Shown one piece after another: positions 45,925-59,975 of a stretch of DNA of 64,000 nucleotides; the first letter of the stretch is position 1; the number at the start of each line of letters is the position of its first letter. The notes beneath the pieces are model-generated. The model did not search any database, was not told the origin of the DNA, and saw only the letters and a list, made by a program, of their open reading frames with translations. This stretch comes from Selaginella moellendorffii (lineage: Eukaryota; Plantae; Lycopodiophyta), in contig NW_003314315.1 of the NCBI RefSeq assembly GCF_000143415.4, positions 434,001-498,000 on the forward strand, given 5' to 3'. Both the position numbers and the translations under genes were made by a program.

Positions 45925-46122
45925 TTGAACCCTTATGGATTGTCTCTTAAATCATTCTTTACAAATTCACACCCTTATGAATAGAAGTTGAGAGTTATAA
46001 CTCTCCTAAGAGCATTGCTCTCTTGACACCCTACCCCTCGGGTCAAGCCCAGTGGGAGTAAATTAGACCTACTAAATGTCAATCAACATGTGGTATAATT
46101 CCCCTAATTAACCAATAGAGTC
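45925..46122 (-). mobile_element. Second, more decayed Cassandra-like fragment
   Basis: Matches 44715-44930 (e.g. TGCTCTCTTGACACCCTACCCCTCGGGTC); absent from the paralog near 57194. Confidence 0.75.
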
Positions 46123-47355
46123 GATTAACAAAATGACTGAGATATTGTATTTTGCCAAAGAAGCATTGCATGTTATTCACACATTTCGGAGTAGGGAACT
46201 TTTGAATGGCCACAAGTTTGTCAAAATTAACTTGCAAACCCTCACAAGAAATATGGTACTCAAGATAAGTTATGTCTTTGGACCTAAACATGCATTTCAA
46301 CTGTTTTAATTTTAAACCAACTTCTTATAACCAATTTGATATCTTCCGAACATCATAAATATACTCCTACGTCCCTTCCAAGTGAATTAAGACATCATTG
46401 ATAAGTCAGTAGTCATTTTTGGCATATTATAAAAAACCACATCCATCATCTACTGAAAAGTTGCTAAAATGTTGGTCAAACCAAATGGCATCACTAATAA
46501 TTTGTACAAATCAAATGGTGTAATAAAAACAGTCTTGGGAATATCCTCCTTGGTCATCGGCACTTACCAATACTTAGAAATAAGATTTAGCTTAGTGAGT
46601 TAATGATTTCTTTCTAGATGATCTACAAGATCAAAAGTGTGAGGAAGATCTAAAATAATCACTTTGTTTAACGGATGATAATTAAAGTAGAAATGAATAT
46701 TCTTATAAGGTTTTGTCACAAAATAAAGTTCACATGCCTAAAGATTCCATAACTTTTGAATAACACCTCTGCTCAACATTTCTTTGATGTTTGTATGTAA
46801 AATCTTGATTTCCTTTAGTGATTAACAATGAACAAAAACTTTGATTGGATGAGCATCCCCAATTGGAATAGGATAACATGTTAATTTTAGCTTTAAACAA
46901 CAAATCAAATTCAAATAAATCAGCATACTCTTTTATAAGCCAGTCAACCATTGTAATATAAAGACCATTGAAGGGATTTGAAGAAGGGAATGAAAGAATA
47001 ACACAAAAAAAAATATAGGAAAAGTAATAAAAATATAAAAATGATGAAAACAAAAGTAGAATAAAAAAGGACAAAGAAGAATAAAAATAAAAAGAATGGA
47101 AGAAACATAAGGAAATATAATATAAAAGGGAAAAACCTCAAAATCACATTTAGCATAATTACACTATAACTAATTCATACCAAAGATGAGTTGAAAAGGT
47201 TATTGAAATAAGACAAAAATAACATCTTTATTTTTTAGAATGGTTGTTGCTTAACAAAAAGCATATTGAAAGAAGACAAAAATAACATCTTTATTTTGGC
47301 TTCCGAAGTTTCCATTTGAAGTGTTTATAAGGACACACTACATTTCCAAACTTCC

Positions 47356-48909
47356 ATGGAGCACATCACAGCTTTTTTCGCCTTCTTGGCTTCTTTCTTC
47401 TTGGTGATCTTCTACTATGATCGATCTAAATCACGCAGCTCCCATGTCATGCCTCCAAGCCCCCGGGCCTTTCCAATCCTCGGCCACATTCCACTCCTGG
47501 CCAGCAATTCCCGCGGGCCGCATCTCATCCTCTTCGATCTCGCCAAGAAGCTCGGCCCGATCTTCTACCTCCGCCTGGGCTACACCCCCACGATCGTCAT
47601 CTCGTCAGCCAAGATCGCCCAAGAGATCCTCAAGTCCCACGACAGGACCTTCTCCTCGCGGCCATCGCTCACGTTTGCCGAGGCGATCCTCCCAGACGAT
47701 CTCATCTTCGCGCGCTATGGCGCGAGATGGGCAAGATCTGCACGCTCGAGCTCTTCACCGCACGCCGCGTGGGGAGCTTTGCGGCAGTGAGGCAAGTGGA
47801 GATGGAGAAGTTCCTGGCGATGCTCTCCCAGAATCTAGGAAGAACGGTGAACATAACCCAGGAGGTCACCGTCCTCACCTTGGAGATCATGCAAACGCTC
47901 GTGTTTGGGACGAGGCGGACCTTCGGTGCCAACGATTTCGTCCGCTTGGTCCACCAGGGGAACGAGCTGGGCGGGAGGCTACACATCGGCGATTACGTCC
48001 CATGGCTTAAATGGATGGATCTCTCGCTGCCCAAGCTGAGAACCTTAGCAACCAAATTCCATGCCTTGCTTCAAGCACACATTGAAGAGCACCGATCCTC
48101 CATAGCCAAGCAAGGACATGGCGGCGAGAGCTTCCTGGACGTCTTGCTCTCGCTCGACAACATGTCAGATCTTACCATCCGGTGCCTCATGCTGGTAAGA
48201 CTGGGGGTTGACTTGAGTGTTGACTAACTCGCTGGCCGCTCTTGCTAGGATGCTGTGAGTGCAGGGCTGGACACGACTGCCACAGCGATAGGATGGGCTC
48301 TCACGGAGCTACTTCTTCATCCACAAATCTTGGCAAAAGCCCAGAAGGAATTGGACGACGTGATCCCTGCTAGTAGCGCCATGGTGAGCGAGGCCGACAT
48401 TCCCAAGCTCAAGTACCTCGGCGCGATTGTCAAGGAGACCCTGCGCAAGCACCCTCCGGCGCCACTCATGGTTCCACGCGAATCCACCGCCGAGTGTAAG
48501 GTAAGTAGTCTAAAAGGTTTGATCCTCGCTAGATCTCTGAATTTGTTATCAACGTGTATGAAAGCTTGAAGAAGCTGGCTACATGATCCCAGCCAAGACC
48601 CAAGTGTTGATCAACCTCTACGCCATCGGCCGGGATCCAAAAATCTGGGAGAACCCTCTGGAGTTCATCCCGGAGAGGATGAGCAGCGAATTCAATGCGG
48701 CCGTGGAACTCATGACGTTTGGCTTTGGCCGGCGATCCTGCCCGGGGATGAACTTGGGGTTGACTGCTGTTCATCTCGTTCTTGCCAATCTTCTCTACAG
48801 GTTCAACTGGACAACACCGGATGGTAAAGAGGTGGACGTGGGCGAGGGGGTCGGGTTCACGCTCATGCGGGCTCGTCCACTTGCATTGGTTCCACTTCTC
48901 CGCAAGTAG
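47356..48909 (+). pseudogene. Cytochrome P450 copy 2, frameshifted by a 10-nt deletion near 47730
   Basis: Lacks AGGGAGCTCC present in copies 1 and 3 (WRELRK). Confidence 0.9.
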
Positions 48910-49599
48910 TCAAACATATTGACTATAATAAACAGAGTGTGTTTATTAATTTTGCTTTGTGCGAAGGTTAGATTGGAAGCTCCTAATCTGCCATGATCCT
49001 GGTCCAATGGGCTTCGGTTCAGTTCTCAGGCAATTATCTCAAAAGATCTACCAGGGCAAAGATCTTGATTTCTTCCTCTCTCTAATCTGTTCTGGTCTTA
49101 CTTTGCACAAGCTTTGTTTGGATACTGGGCCCATTTTTGGGCTCCAGCATGTGTAAATGAATGGATATATTTAGAATATACTAGCAATGAATGTAGCTAT
49201 TACACAAAATTAAGTCTTCAAAGATGTTTTTTGGATTTCAAACTGTTCATGGTTGCAAATTTATTTAAAAAAAGAACAATGCACCAAGTTCCTTCTTTTA
49301 TTACCATTACTATTTCCCTTCCTGCTTTGCTTGCACTAACTTCTTATAGCTCTTATGTGAATTTCTCTTTAAGAGTCTAAAGACAAATTAGTTTGTCAAG
49401 AGGTAAACCATTACAAGGAAATGGCTCACATTTTTACACTTTACTGCTTTGTCCAATTCTAAATTTCTTTAGTAGTGATCCCATATAACATCATCAACTC
49501 AATAATGCTTTGGCAATAGTTAAGTCCTTAGGATTAACTTTTGCATTTCTGCTCAGAATAGAAAGACAAGTATTGCTTTGGTCATATTGATGGATTTTT

Positions 49600-49860
49600 A
49601 ATCAAGGACTGAGCAAGCTTGCAAGTGCCTCAATTGCAGAGACATGGAATTGAAGGGACTCATGACACAGGCAGGAGCAACAATTCTCTGGACATAATTG
49701 TGGCTGCCAAAGCTGCGTGTTGGATTGATGAGATCTCATCAATCCAGAGAATTGGCAGAAGGCTTGAAAAACTGGAGCTCTGGTCAGAGGTTCCATTTCC
49801 AAATCTATAGGAAATTTTGATTCTGATTGTAACATTCCTTAAGAATTTCCTCAAGAGACT
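49600..49860 (+). pseudogene. LRR-protein fragment (mirrored at ~60390-60650)
   Basis: GSISKSIGNF and RLEKLEL remnants with stops. Confidence 0.4.
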
Positions 49861-50294
49861 CTACTTACTGGCTCAGACCTGATTGAAAACTTTCATACTT
49901 GAACCTTGATGCATTGCTCATCCAAAGAACCAATAGAACAATGTCGTAAGTCCTTGTTGTCCAACCAACAGCATCCTATAAAAAAACTAGAGCACATGCT
50001 CATTCTCAATGAAAGACCAACTTGTAACTTCTGTGTTCTAAAGTTTTCCACATAAATTTTAGCAGTCGTTACTCAGTCATGCTAGACAAATTTCTCATTG
50101 AAAATGAAGAGAGAATGGTGGATTCTTGCCTTGAAAAACAGGGATTCTCCAGAAGTCTATCTCAAAAAGTGACATTCTCTACCATGCTTTCTCGAAAGTT
50201 GGAAGTTTCTGCTAATAACGTCTCTTTAAAAATAAAACACAAATATACAGTGCTGTACCTCAGCTCTTACTACAATCATTTGACTGTTGCTTCT

Positions 50295-51360
50295 TTGAAA
50301 ATATGAACCAGCCGCTCGCTGTTGGGCACACCTCCAGTGCTACTAAGCTCTTCGATTGCATCTCCCAGCGCAATGCTGCGACCTGGAACATGATGGTCCA
50401 TGCCTACGCCGTGTGACTCTTCTTTGATCAATGCATTGGTGATCACATTTGCCAAGAGCCGCTGTGCAGTGGAATTTGTGTAATCCGACATATAGAGCTC
50501 CAATCTGAAGAAGATCTTTGATTCCATGCCGGATCATGATGTGGTCTCTTGGATCTCGCTCATTTGCCTAGTCTAGGCATCTTAAGAATGCCAAAAACAC
50601 GTTTAATGGGGTGGAGTCTCACGATCATGTCTCGCAGATCTCGATGCTCATTGGCTATGTGGCGGTATTCTGGATCCGCAACTGCCAGGATATCTTGCTA
50701 CCTGGTGTCTCTGAGGCCGTGACATGGAACTCATTTATCACAACACTTGGCAAATCGAGGCAGTGAAATCGACCTTTGATCGAATGCCAAGGATCTCGTG
50801 TCATGGACAAATCTACTACTGTGCTACGTTCAGAATGGATTCCTCGAAGAATTGACAGGGCATTCCGTCATCTTCCCTTCACTAATGCAGTGCAAGTTGT
50901 GATCTTGGTGAATGCTCAGGGATATGGCCACCACAAAAGAGTTTGATTTCATGCTGGATCAATTTATGTGGTGGCATGGATGGCTATGGTGCAAGCTTTG
51001 TGGCTGCCAAGGCTTCATCAACCTCGCAAAGAACATCTTCGATCAAATCTAGAAGAAGAAACCAGTCTTTGGAGTGTGATGCTCCTCATGTATGCTGAGA
51101 ATGGGCATTTTGATGAGGCCATGAGGTTCTTTCACTAGATCCCATGCAAGACCATTGTCTGCTGGACAGTGTTCACACAAGTTTATGTCAACTTGGACAA
51201 CCTCAAAAAATTTGAGAGCATGAAGATGTGCAGCTTGGTTTCCTGGATGACCATGGTATGGGGTTATGCTCTAAACATGCATGACAATCGAGCAGTGCAA
51301 CTTATCAATCTCAAGGGCATCAAGATGGAAAAGGTGATGTCATTGTTGGTACACTTTTGT
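50295..51360 (+). pseudogene. Decayed PPR gene
   Basis: KLFDCISQRNAATWNMMV.AYA, FDSMPDHDVVSW and VSWMTMVWGYA in shifting frames. Confidence 0.8.
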
Positions 51361-54300
51361 TAAATATCAAATTGTTCTGGGTTCAATTTATAGTCATGCC
51401 TGTGACATTCACATGCTAATCTGCAGTGGTAATAAGGTCAAAATATATAGTGAATGAGACAAATTATTTCAATACCATCTAAACCACAATTATCCACAAC
51501 AATTATCTCAACACTGTTGTAGGACAAGTAAATCAATCATAATGGCTTCAATTGACCCAACCATATTACGTCCTTTGTGTAATTTGATAAAATTTGTGAC
51601 AGAAGATATATAAGAGGTTCTAGACTAACTTCTTCAATGACAGTTGAGTGACAAACTTTTAGCACATATCTCCATGTTCATCTATCATACTTTAGTACTG
51701 CTAGGACAACTTCAAATCCAATTATCTTCAACCACTTTTCTTTTGCAAATTGCTGGTACAGCGGGATACATCCACATACTGATAGTTTCATTATTTGTGA
51801 AATCAGCCATATCAATTCGTAGTCAACCTTTTGATCATCTCTCCAAGTCCTCATGAACTTTATAGACACTAAGTAGTAACCAATAAGTGAATGACATTCT
51901 CTTGATGAACCTATTTGTATCTCGTATTAGTCTAGTTCTCTTGAGAAAGTCTGCCACACACAAGAGGTGCTCACATGATAAGTCTATATTATCCACATTC
52001 ATATTATCACTATCTTATACCATACATGAGGATTATACAGAGTGGAAATGCCTAGAAAACTAGAAGCAGAGAAAAGCATCATCTCTTATTTCAAGTTTTT
52101 ACTTTCTAATCATCCCCAAAGGATATAAATGAAGAGTTAGTTGTGTCTTAGCACAAGGGTCACCACATCTATGATTCCTATATCACAAACACTTAAGAAT
52201 TGAATGGAATTGTTTACTTAAGAAATAGACTTCTCACTATGGACAATCGATAAGTACAAAGTAATCAAATCCAATTCCTCTGAGATAAGAAAAACTTTCC
52301 CTAAAAAAAGCAACCACCTTACATACACCTATCTCAACCATTAAGCTTGATTGCTTTGCTTAGAAGGACTAGCAAAAGTCATAGATATGCCAGGAGTTTT
52401 AGTAATTTCAAAATTTGTAATAATTTTTAACATAATTATAATTATAATATACATAGTTAATATAACATAATATAATATTTATATAAAAATCCCTTTTACA
52501 ATTGACCCTATCACCAATACACATTAGAACATAATAAATATAACTTATAACATAATATAACATTTACAACTTGGAATGCCAAGTGAAGTTTTGAATCTTC
52601 TACTGAGATGAGAATGCTAGCTATGGGATCTTATGGTTAAATGAGTTGTTTAAGGGTTGGCAAATTTAAATAAGGATTGGTAGCAAAGGAATAAGTATAA
52701 TTATGGTCATCTCAGACTCCATCTTAGACTCTATCTTAGGTCCATCTCAGACTCCATTTCAACACTTCCACATGTCATGTGTTGGTTAGAAATCCATGAT
52801 TGGGTTTGTTAACCAATAAAAAAATAGATATTACATATTTAAATTTGATCCTGTATATGATTAATTATAGGACACTTGGACAATTAAATATTATGGATAA
52901 ATATCTGAATAAATGAAACTTGGAGCTAAAACAATTATATTAGTTATAGTTACTGAAGAGACAAATTTTATATGAGATGAAGTTAGAGTTAAAATTATTG
53001 AAGTGAAAGTTCCAAAATACTGAAATTAATATGATAATTAGGAAATAATACTTAATTATTTGGATAGTAATTATTAAATTTACACATATTTATACAAATC
53101 TCAGGAGTATAAAAAATACTTTCAAGTAAGATAAAAGTGAAGTAGTGACATAATATATAGAGGATCCTCTATAACCTAATATAAAGGAGTTGAATGGCTC
53201 TAGTTATTCCATTTTATAATAAAGTCATCAGTGAAATTAATCATATTGATTTTCAGTTAACTCAGATATTTACTTTATTTTATTTTTTTCAATATTACAA
53301 ATTTCTAACACTTTATTTTTATATTAATATTTTTCATTAAATAGTTTTTTAATACATAAAAATAATATTGTATAAATATGATTGAGATATTGTTACCATA
53401 ATAGCCACATAATACACATCTTTAAGTGGAACAGTGAGTCCCATCATCATATAAAGTTTTTAGTATTATATATATAGAAACTTTAAAATTAAAAATTTTA
53501 AGCTTTAAAAAATTTATAAATTATAAATTATATCAATATCACTCTTGTAAATCTATAACAGCCAAAAATAATTCAGCCAGATGAATGTAATGCAATTATA
53601 AGAGAAATTTGTGAAAATATAATGTCAAATCTAGAGAATTGTTACTAGTTCGTAGATGGTTGAATGTCTTATATATGAGAATGAAATGGTATACCATCTC
53701 AAACTATGCTTACAAAAGAAGTAGAATCTCTCTTTGAATGCCAAGAATGTTTGTGTGAAGGGAATGTTAACTTGCTTAATAACTTGCCACAATATTTCAA
53801 AATACTATCTACCCATGGTATTGTTTTTTGGCACTCTAATAAGGTATTATATTGATAAGGTATTGTGAGTTGAAAATATCAAGGTATTCTTAAAATTTAA
53901 GTTTAACCCATATGCAATATAAAGCAAATCGTCCAAATCTATATTTAGTCTTGTTATGTCCAACATCTAAATTTGTGCACCATCCTATACTGTTTGTATC
54001 AGTAGAGTTGGAGATAGCATATTTAAAGAGTTTGTCTATGATTTCAAACATCAATAAAGAGGAATCACTTGGTAAAAATAAGAGTTACTTAAGTAATTTA
54101 TATTTCTACAACCATGACACCAATTTATTTTTAAATAACCAAATTCCATATTCAAGAATTGGTGATTGATTTTCTTAAACCTTTTCTAGTTTGCAGTGGA
54201 GATACTAACACCCCAAACTTCCCCCACATAGGTGAGGAATATAGTTACCTTAGTCTCATAGTATCCTAATCATTTTGTAATTTTCTTTGGGGAGCATAAC

Positions 54301-55399
54301 ATCATTTGTAGTACTTATATTCTTTGATTTAGATAAGGTGTTAGCTATCATATGTGAAAGAGTTATTTCTTGTAAGACTAAATATCATAATTAGAGTCTT
54401 AGCCATTTTAACAGCTAACCTTGTAATTAACAAAACTCAACCAGAACATGTAACTATAGCAAAAAGAAGGAAGGAGGTAAATAATAACTTTATACATCTT
54501 TAAAATGTTGATGCCACATTAAACTCTCAAAAGCATTGATGTATAAGCCAAAGACAATACACATCTTTGTTTAACTTTGATAGTGTATTCAATTTGTTTT
54601 AGTCCTTGGTAGTCCATAAGGATAATGACATAATTTTGTTTAATAGCAACTAGTAGTGTGTTACTTTTTTGTAGGTTTTAAAATAATTTTTCACAGAAAA
54701 CTATGTTGACCAAGATGATCTTCTATAATATGCTCATGAATTGTTTATGAAGTTGAGAGTTTCATTTTAGAGTTTTCATTTTAGCACTCTTTTATTCCAA
54801 ATGTTATTCAAAAATAGAAGGATTCCTTTTGAAAAAGCATTAGTAACTATGGTAAGCTAGTAACTGTAGCTTATATGAAACACCTATTGTTGCATGATAA
54901 AATGTGATAGGCATAAAATGTATTAAAAAGTCACTATTTTCTAAAGAATGCTTGTTTCATTTATTTCCAAGAAGTAATATTTATAGCTACACTTTTTTAC
55001 TCTTCATAGTTGCAAATCAAAGGGAAATATATACTATTGACTCTTGCATCCTTCTAACATCATATTGGTGAGATATATTTATCCTTAATCATAAGTTTAT
55101 ATTATTAAAAAAGAACACCTTTATAAAGTAGCTTATCAATTAAAACAAATTGGAAAACCAAAAATTTATAAATTTTCATATTATGAGTGCATGGAATATG
55201 AAAATAGGATATAGAAATGTGCATATTCATTAACCCAAAAACCCTAGTTTATATACAAGAGTGAGTGGTGAAAATTAAAACCAATCCAATAGGTATCAAA
55301 ATCCATAGTAATATATAACATCGTAATTATACACTTAGACATCATATCATCCCCTCCTCTTTAAAGGATAAAAGGTAGTCAAAGTTCTTTAGTTGATGG

Positions 55400-57935
55400 G
55401 CTGAAATTTAGATGAACATTAGGAGGAAGTACTGGTGGATCTATAGGTGGTACTAGTTGTTCTTAATCCCTTTATACGAAGTGTTTTTTACTTATTGCAT
55501 ATGTATAATTTCTAGAGGATTAACTTATTGAATATCATGTTGAACTTCATAAACTTGTGGTTCAACTTGCCACAACACCTGATATAGTCCCTTTTACTGA
55601 GCAAGGAGCCATTTAGGCAAACCATTTATTATAAGACTAGGAAAATAGACTAATACTAAATCATTCAGGATGATGATGGGAGTTGTAGTGCCATTATTGT
55701 CCCACTTGTATGCAGCTCAAATGTTTAGTAGACTCTGCTTAAAAAAGTGTAAAAATATTCACCAAATATTAGTCCAAAGACCTAGCATCGGCAACTCATA
55801 ACAATTGTGAAGGTGAACTCAACTTTGTTAGTAATATTAGATCATAGTAGCTTTTATTAGATCATATAAACTTCTATATGGTGAAGCACTAATAGAACTT
55901 TGCACCCTTGTGACATACATATACCGAAGAGATAATAAATAATCATTCTAATCCGAATGTTGAAAGCTTATATATTTCACAATCATTCCTTTGAAAGTCC
56001 AAATGAGCCATTCCACTAAACCATCTATCTGTGGATAATACACACTCGTAAAAGTGTAGTGTATCCCCAATCAAGATATTAAAACATGAAATGCTTTAGC
56101 CATAAATGCAAGACCATTACTTGAGAGAATCCGCTTTAAACAGAACACCAAGTGAATCAATTAGTCAAAGGTAATAATGACATATTCATTACCAGTAGTT
56201 AATTGTGGAAAAGACCCCATTAGATCAAACGCTATCAACTCAAATGGACATGAAATTGTAATTGACTTCAACCATCCTTCCATAACACGAAGAAAAGTAT
56301 TATGGACTTGGCACCAAACACAATTGCACATATATCGAACAACATCATATTGCATCTCCGATTAATAGAAAGACTTTTGTACCTTCTCAATCATACACTG
56401 ATATACCCACATAGAATAAGAGAGTCATTATAATATGGAAAAGGCATAGAATAAATATCATAAGTACAATTAGTTGTAAATGATCATCAAGATGAATCCC
56501 AACAATAAAGAAGGTTGTCATTAAGTTGATATTAAGAATGTAAATGTTGAAACGGCAAGTCATTAGTAAATGATGCAGGATTCTCAAACCCCTTACAAAG
56601 CCTTTGGATCCATAACTTAACCTTTTGAGCCTCACAAACATTGTCAAGTGAAGGTAAATTTTGTTTTGCACCTTGTGGACACTAAATATCAAGTACATCA
56701 ACTGTTGATAACACAAAATCCTTATATATACACAACCTTTAAATTGTATATCTAAAGCTTCAAAACCCACTGACTAATATGACCAACCAAGTTCTTCTAC
56801 TTCAATAATAAAATAACTATAGCATGATCACCTTTTAATAATGTTCAAGAACTATGCAAATATGTATAAACGTTTTCAAAACTCCAAACTATTAATAAAC
56901 ATTCTTTTTTCGTTGTGAAGTAGTTCACCTTTGCTAGTTGTAATGTACAATTGATGTACATAATAAGATGATACTGATTAATTACACTTGTAATTTTTTG
57001 CATTAAGACACCCTCAAAACCGATATCCAAAGCATCCACACGCAAAATGAAAAATCAAATGTAGTCAGGATATGTCAAAATTGGAGAAGTTGTTAATAGC
57101 TCTTAAATGCTTGTTTACAGTCCTCAAACCAGATAAAAGATGATGTTAATGACTTTAGTAATGCTTGCAATAGTGTAGTGTGATTAGAAAGATGATTAAC
57201 AAAATGACTAAGATACTACACCTTGCTCAAGAAACACTACACGTTATTCACACATTTCAGAGTAGGGACTTTTTGAACGGCCACAAGTTTGTTAGGATCA
57301 ACTTGCAAACCCTCACAAGAAATATAATACTATAAACTATATCTTTAAACATGCATTTCGACCACTCTAATTTTAAATCAACTTCTTATAACCGATTCAA
57401 CACTTTCCTAACATCATAAACATACTCCTCCTATGTCCTCTTCAAGTGAATCGAAACATATCAATGAAGTCAATAGTCACTTTTAGCATATTGTAAAGAA
57501 CCGCATCCATCATCTATTAAAAAGTCACTAAAGTGTTAGTTAAACCGAATGGCATCATCAATAATTTGTACAAACTAAATAGTGTATGAAAAATAGTTTT
57601 AGGAATATCCTCTTTTGTCATCGGCACTTGCCAATATTTAGAAGCAAGATCTAGTTTGGTGAGTTAACAACTTCTTCCTAGATGATCTAGGAGATAAAAA
57701 ATGTGAGGAAAAGGGTGCATATCTAAATAATCACTTTGTTTAATAAATGAATATTCTTATTAAGTTTTGTTACAAAATAAGGTTCACATGCCTAAAAATT
57801 TCAAAACTTTTGAATAACACCCTTCTTCAACATTTTTTTTATGTTTGTATGTAAAATTTTAATTTGCTTTGGTGACCGATGATAAATAGAAACTTTGATT
57901 TAACAAGTATCCCCAATTGGAATAGGATAACGTGT
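55400..57935 (-). mobile_element. Decayed Ty3/Gypsy pol, second copy
   Basis: YMCNCVWCQ, PFELIAFDLMGSFP, NYFTTKKECL; paralogous to 44190-46880. Confidence 0.88.
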
Positions 57936-59139
57936 TGTAATCTTTGCTTTTGAAAACAGAAGTAGAATAAAAAAGAACTATTAACTGTTGTTAATTAATA
58001 AGAGTTTTGATAGGGTTAAACTAAAACATAAGATGGAATTGAGAGATAAGAGACATGATGTTTGCCTATTTAGGTATTAAGCTTTTAAGCATAAAAGTGG
58101 CAAGAGGATGATGGATTGACAATGTATACAACCATGCAACACAAACCCTCAAGTAAGTAACAATCAAAAGTCAAAGTAGCATAGTGTTAGATAAAATGCA
58201 AAACATCATAGATGAGTGGACAAAAACTTGTCAAGTGAAATGCAATAAGGATGATGCTATTATCAATATCAAAATTGGTGATGGACCTCGAAAAACCAAG
58301 TACTTCAAAGGCATTTCTTTTATGTCATGAACTTTTTTGTTCCCTTAGAAACTGAAGAAAAAAAAAGTGATGTTTGTTTCTTTGAAGATAAAAATGATAG
58401 TTCCAATGATGAATTAGGTTGGTTGTACGTAGAAGTGATTGACTAATGTTTTCTATGTTTGTGATGTGAATTGATGAAGATGTTGAGCATTGTAAAAATA
58501 ATTATATGCAAGTAATTTCAGTCGATTTAAATCAGTTATGGCCATAGAAGACGTGTAGATATACACGTGATAATGAGAACTTAATGTTTCCTTGCTATAC
58601 TCTTAACTATTATGGCCTTGGAAAAAATACATCTACATCCAGAGGTAGTCGACTACGAATTGATATGGCTGATTTCACAAATAATGAAACTATCAGTATG
58701 TGGATGTATCCCGCTGTACCAGCAATTTGCAAAAGAAAAGTGGTTGAAGATAGTTGGATTTGAAGTTGTCCTAGCAGTACTAAAGTATGATAGATGAACA
58801 TGGAGATATGTGTTAAAAGTTCGTCACTTAACTGTCATTGAAGTAGTTAGTCTAGAACCTTCTATGTATCTTCTGTCACAAATTTTATCAAATTACACAA
58901 AGGACGTAATATGGTTGGGTCAATTGAAGCCGTTATGATTAAGATGATTTACTTGTCCTACAACAGTGTTGAGATAATTGTTGTGGATAGTTGTGGTTTA
59001 AATGATACACTAATGGTATTGAAATAATTTGTCTCATTCACTATGTGTTTTGACCTTATTACCATTGCAGATTAGCATGTGAATGTCACAGGCATGACTA
59101 TAAATTGAACCCAGAAGAATTTAATATTTAACAAAAGTG

Positions 59140-59975
59140 TACGACAGCCCTCAGCCATGACATCACCTTTTCCATCTTGATGCCCTTGAGATTGATAAGT
59201 TGCACTGCTTGATTGTCATGCATGTTTAGAGCGTAAGCCCAAACCATTGTCGTCCAGGAAACCAAGCTGCACATCTTCATGCTCTCAAAATTTTTGAGAT
59301 TGTCCAAGTTGACATAAACTTGTGTGAAAGCTGTCCAGCAGACAATGGTCTTGCATGGGATCTAGTGAAAGAACCTCATGGCCTCATCAAAATGCCCAAT
59401 TTGCACTGCATTAGTGAAGGGAAGATGACGGAATGCCCTGTCAATTCTTCGAGGAATCCATTCTGAACGTAGCACAGTAGTAGATTTGTCCATGACACGA
59501 GATCCTTGGCATTCGATCAAAGGTCGATTTCACTGCCTCGACTTGCCAAGTGTTGTGATAATTGAGTCACGGCCTCAGAGACACCAGGCAGCAAGATAGC
59601 CTGGCAGTTGCTGATCCAGAATACCGCCACATATCCAATGAGCATCGAGATCTGCGAGACAAGATCGTGAAACTCCACCCAATTAAACGTGTTCTTGGCA
59701 TAAATGAGCGAGATCCAAGAGACCACATCATGATCCGGCATGGAATCAAAGATCTTCTTCAGATTGGAGCTCTATATGTCAGATTGCACAAATTCCACTG
59801 CACAGCGGCTCTTGGCAAATGTGATCACCAATGCATTGATCAAAGAAGAGTCACAAGGCGTAGGCATGGACCATCATGTTCCAGGTCGCAGCATTGCGCT
59901 GGGAGATGCAATCGAAGAGTTTAGTAGCACTGGAGGTGTGCCCGACAGCGAGCGGCTGGTTCATATTTTCAAAGA
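59140..59975 (-). pseudogene. Decayed PPR gene (mirror copy)
   Basis: Reverse complement of 50295-51360 with an internal deletion. Confidence 0.78.

Larger units (their letters stand above)
42843..46880 (+). repeat. AT-rich block duplicated directly at ~51828-57935
   Basis: Both begin CTTTTGATCATCTCTCCAAGTCCTCA; the second copy has ~2.7 kb extra (53245-55980). Confidence 0.85.
44190..46880 (-). mobile_element. Decayed Ty3/Gypsy pol (RT, RNase H, integrase remnants)
   Basis: MPFGLTN, YLEYHIS.EG, NYSTTKKECL.IVW and PFELI remnants with many stops. Confidence 0.88.
47319..51827 (+). repeat. Left arm of ~4.4-kb inverted repeat (right arm 58648-62938)
   Basis: Mirrored ORFs with identical translations; paired coordinates sum to 110247 across 48.2-50.2 kb. 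Confidence 0.95.

Noticed and set aside
53245-55360. Coding capacity in the AT-rich spacer
   Set aside because: Only short ORFs without recognisable motifs; probably decayed transposon sequence that I cannot classify.
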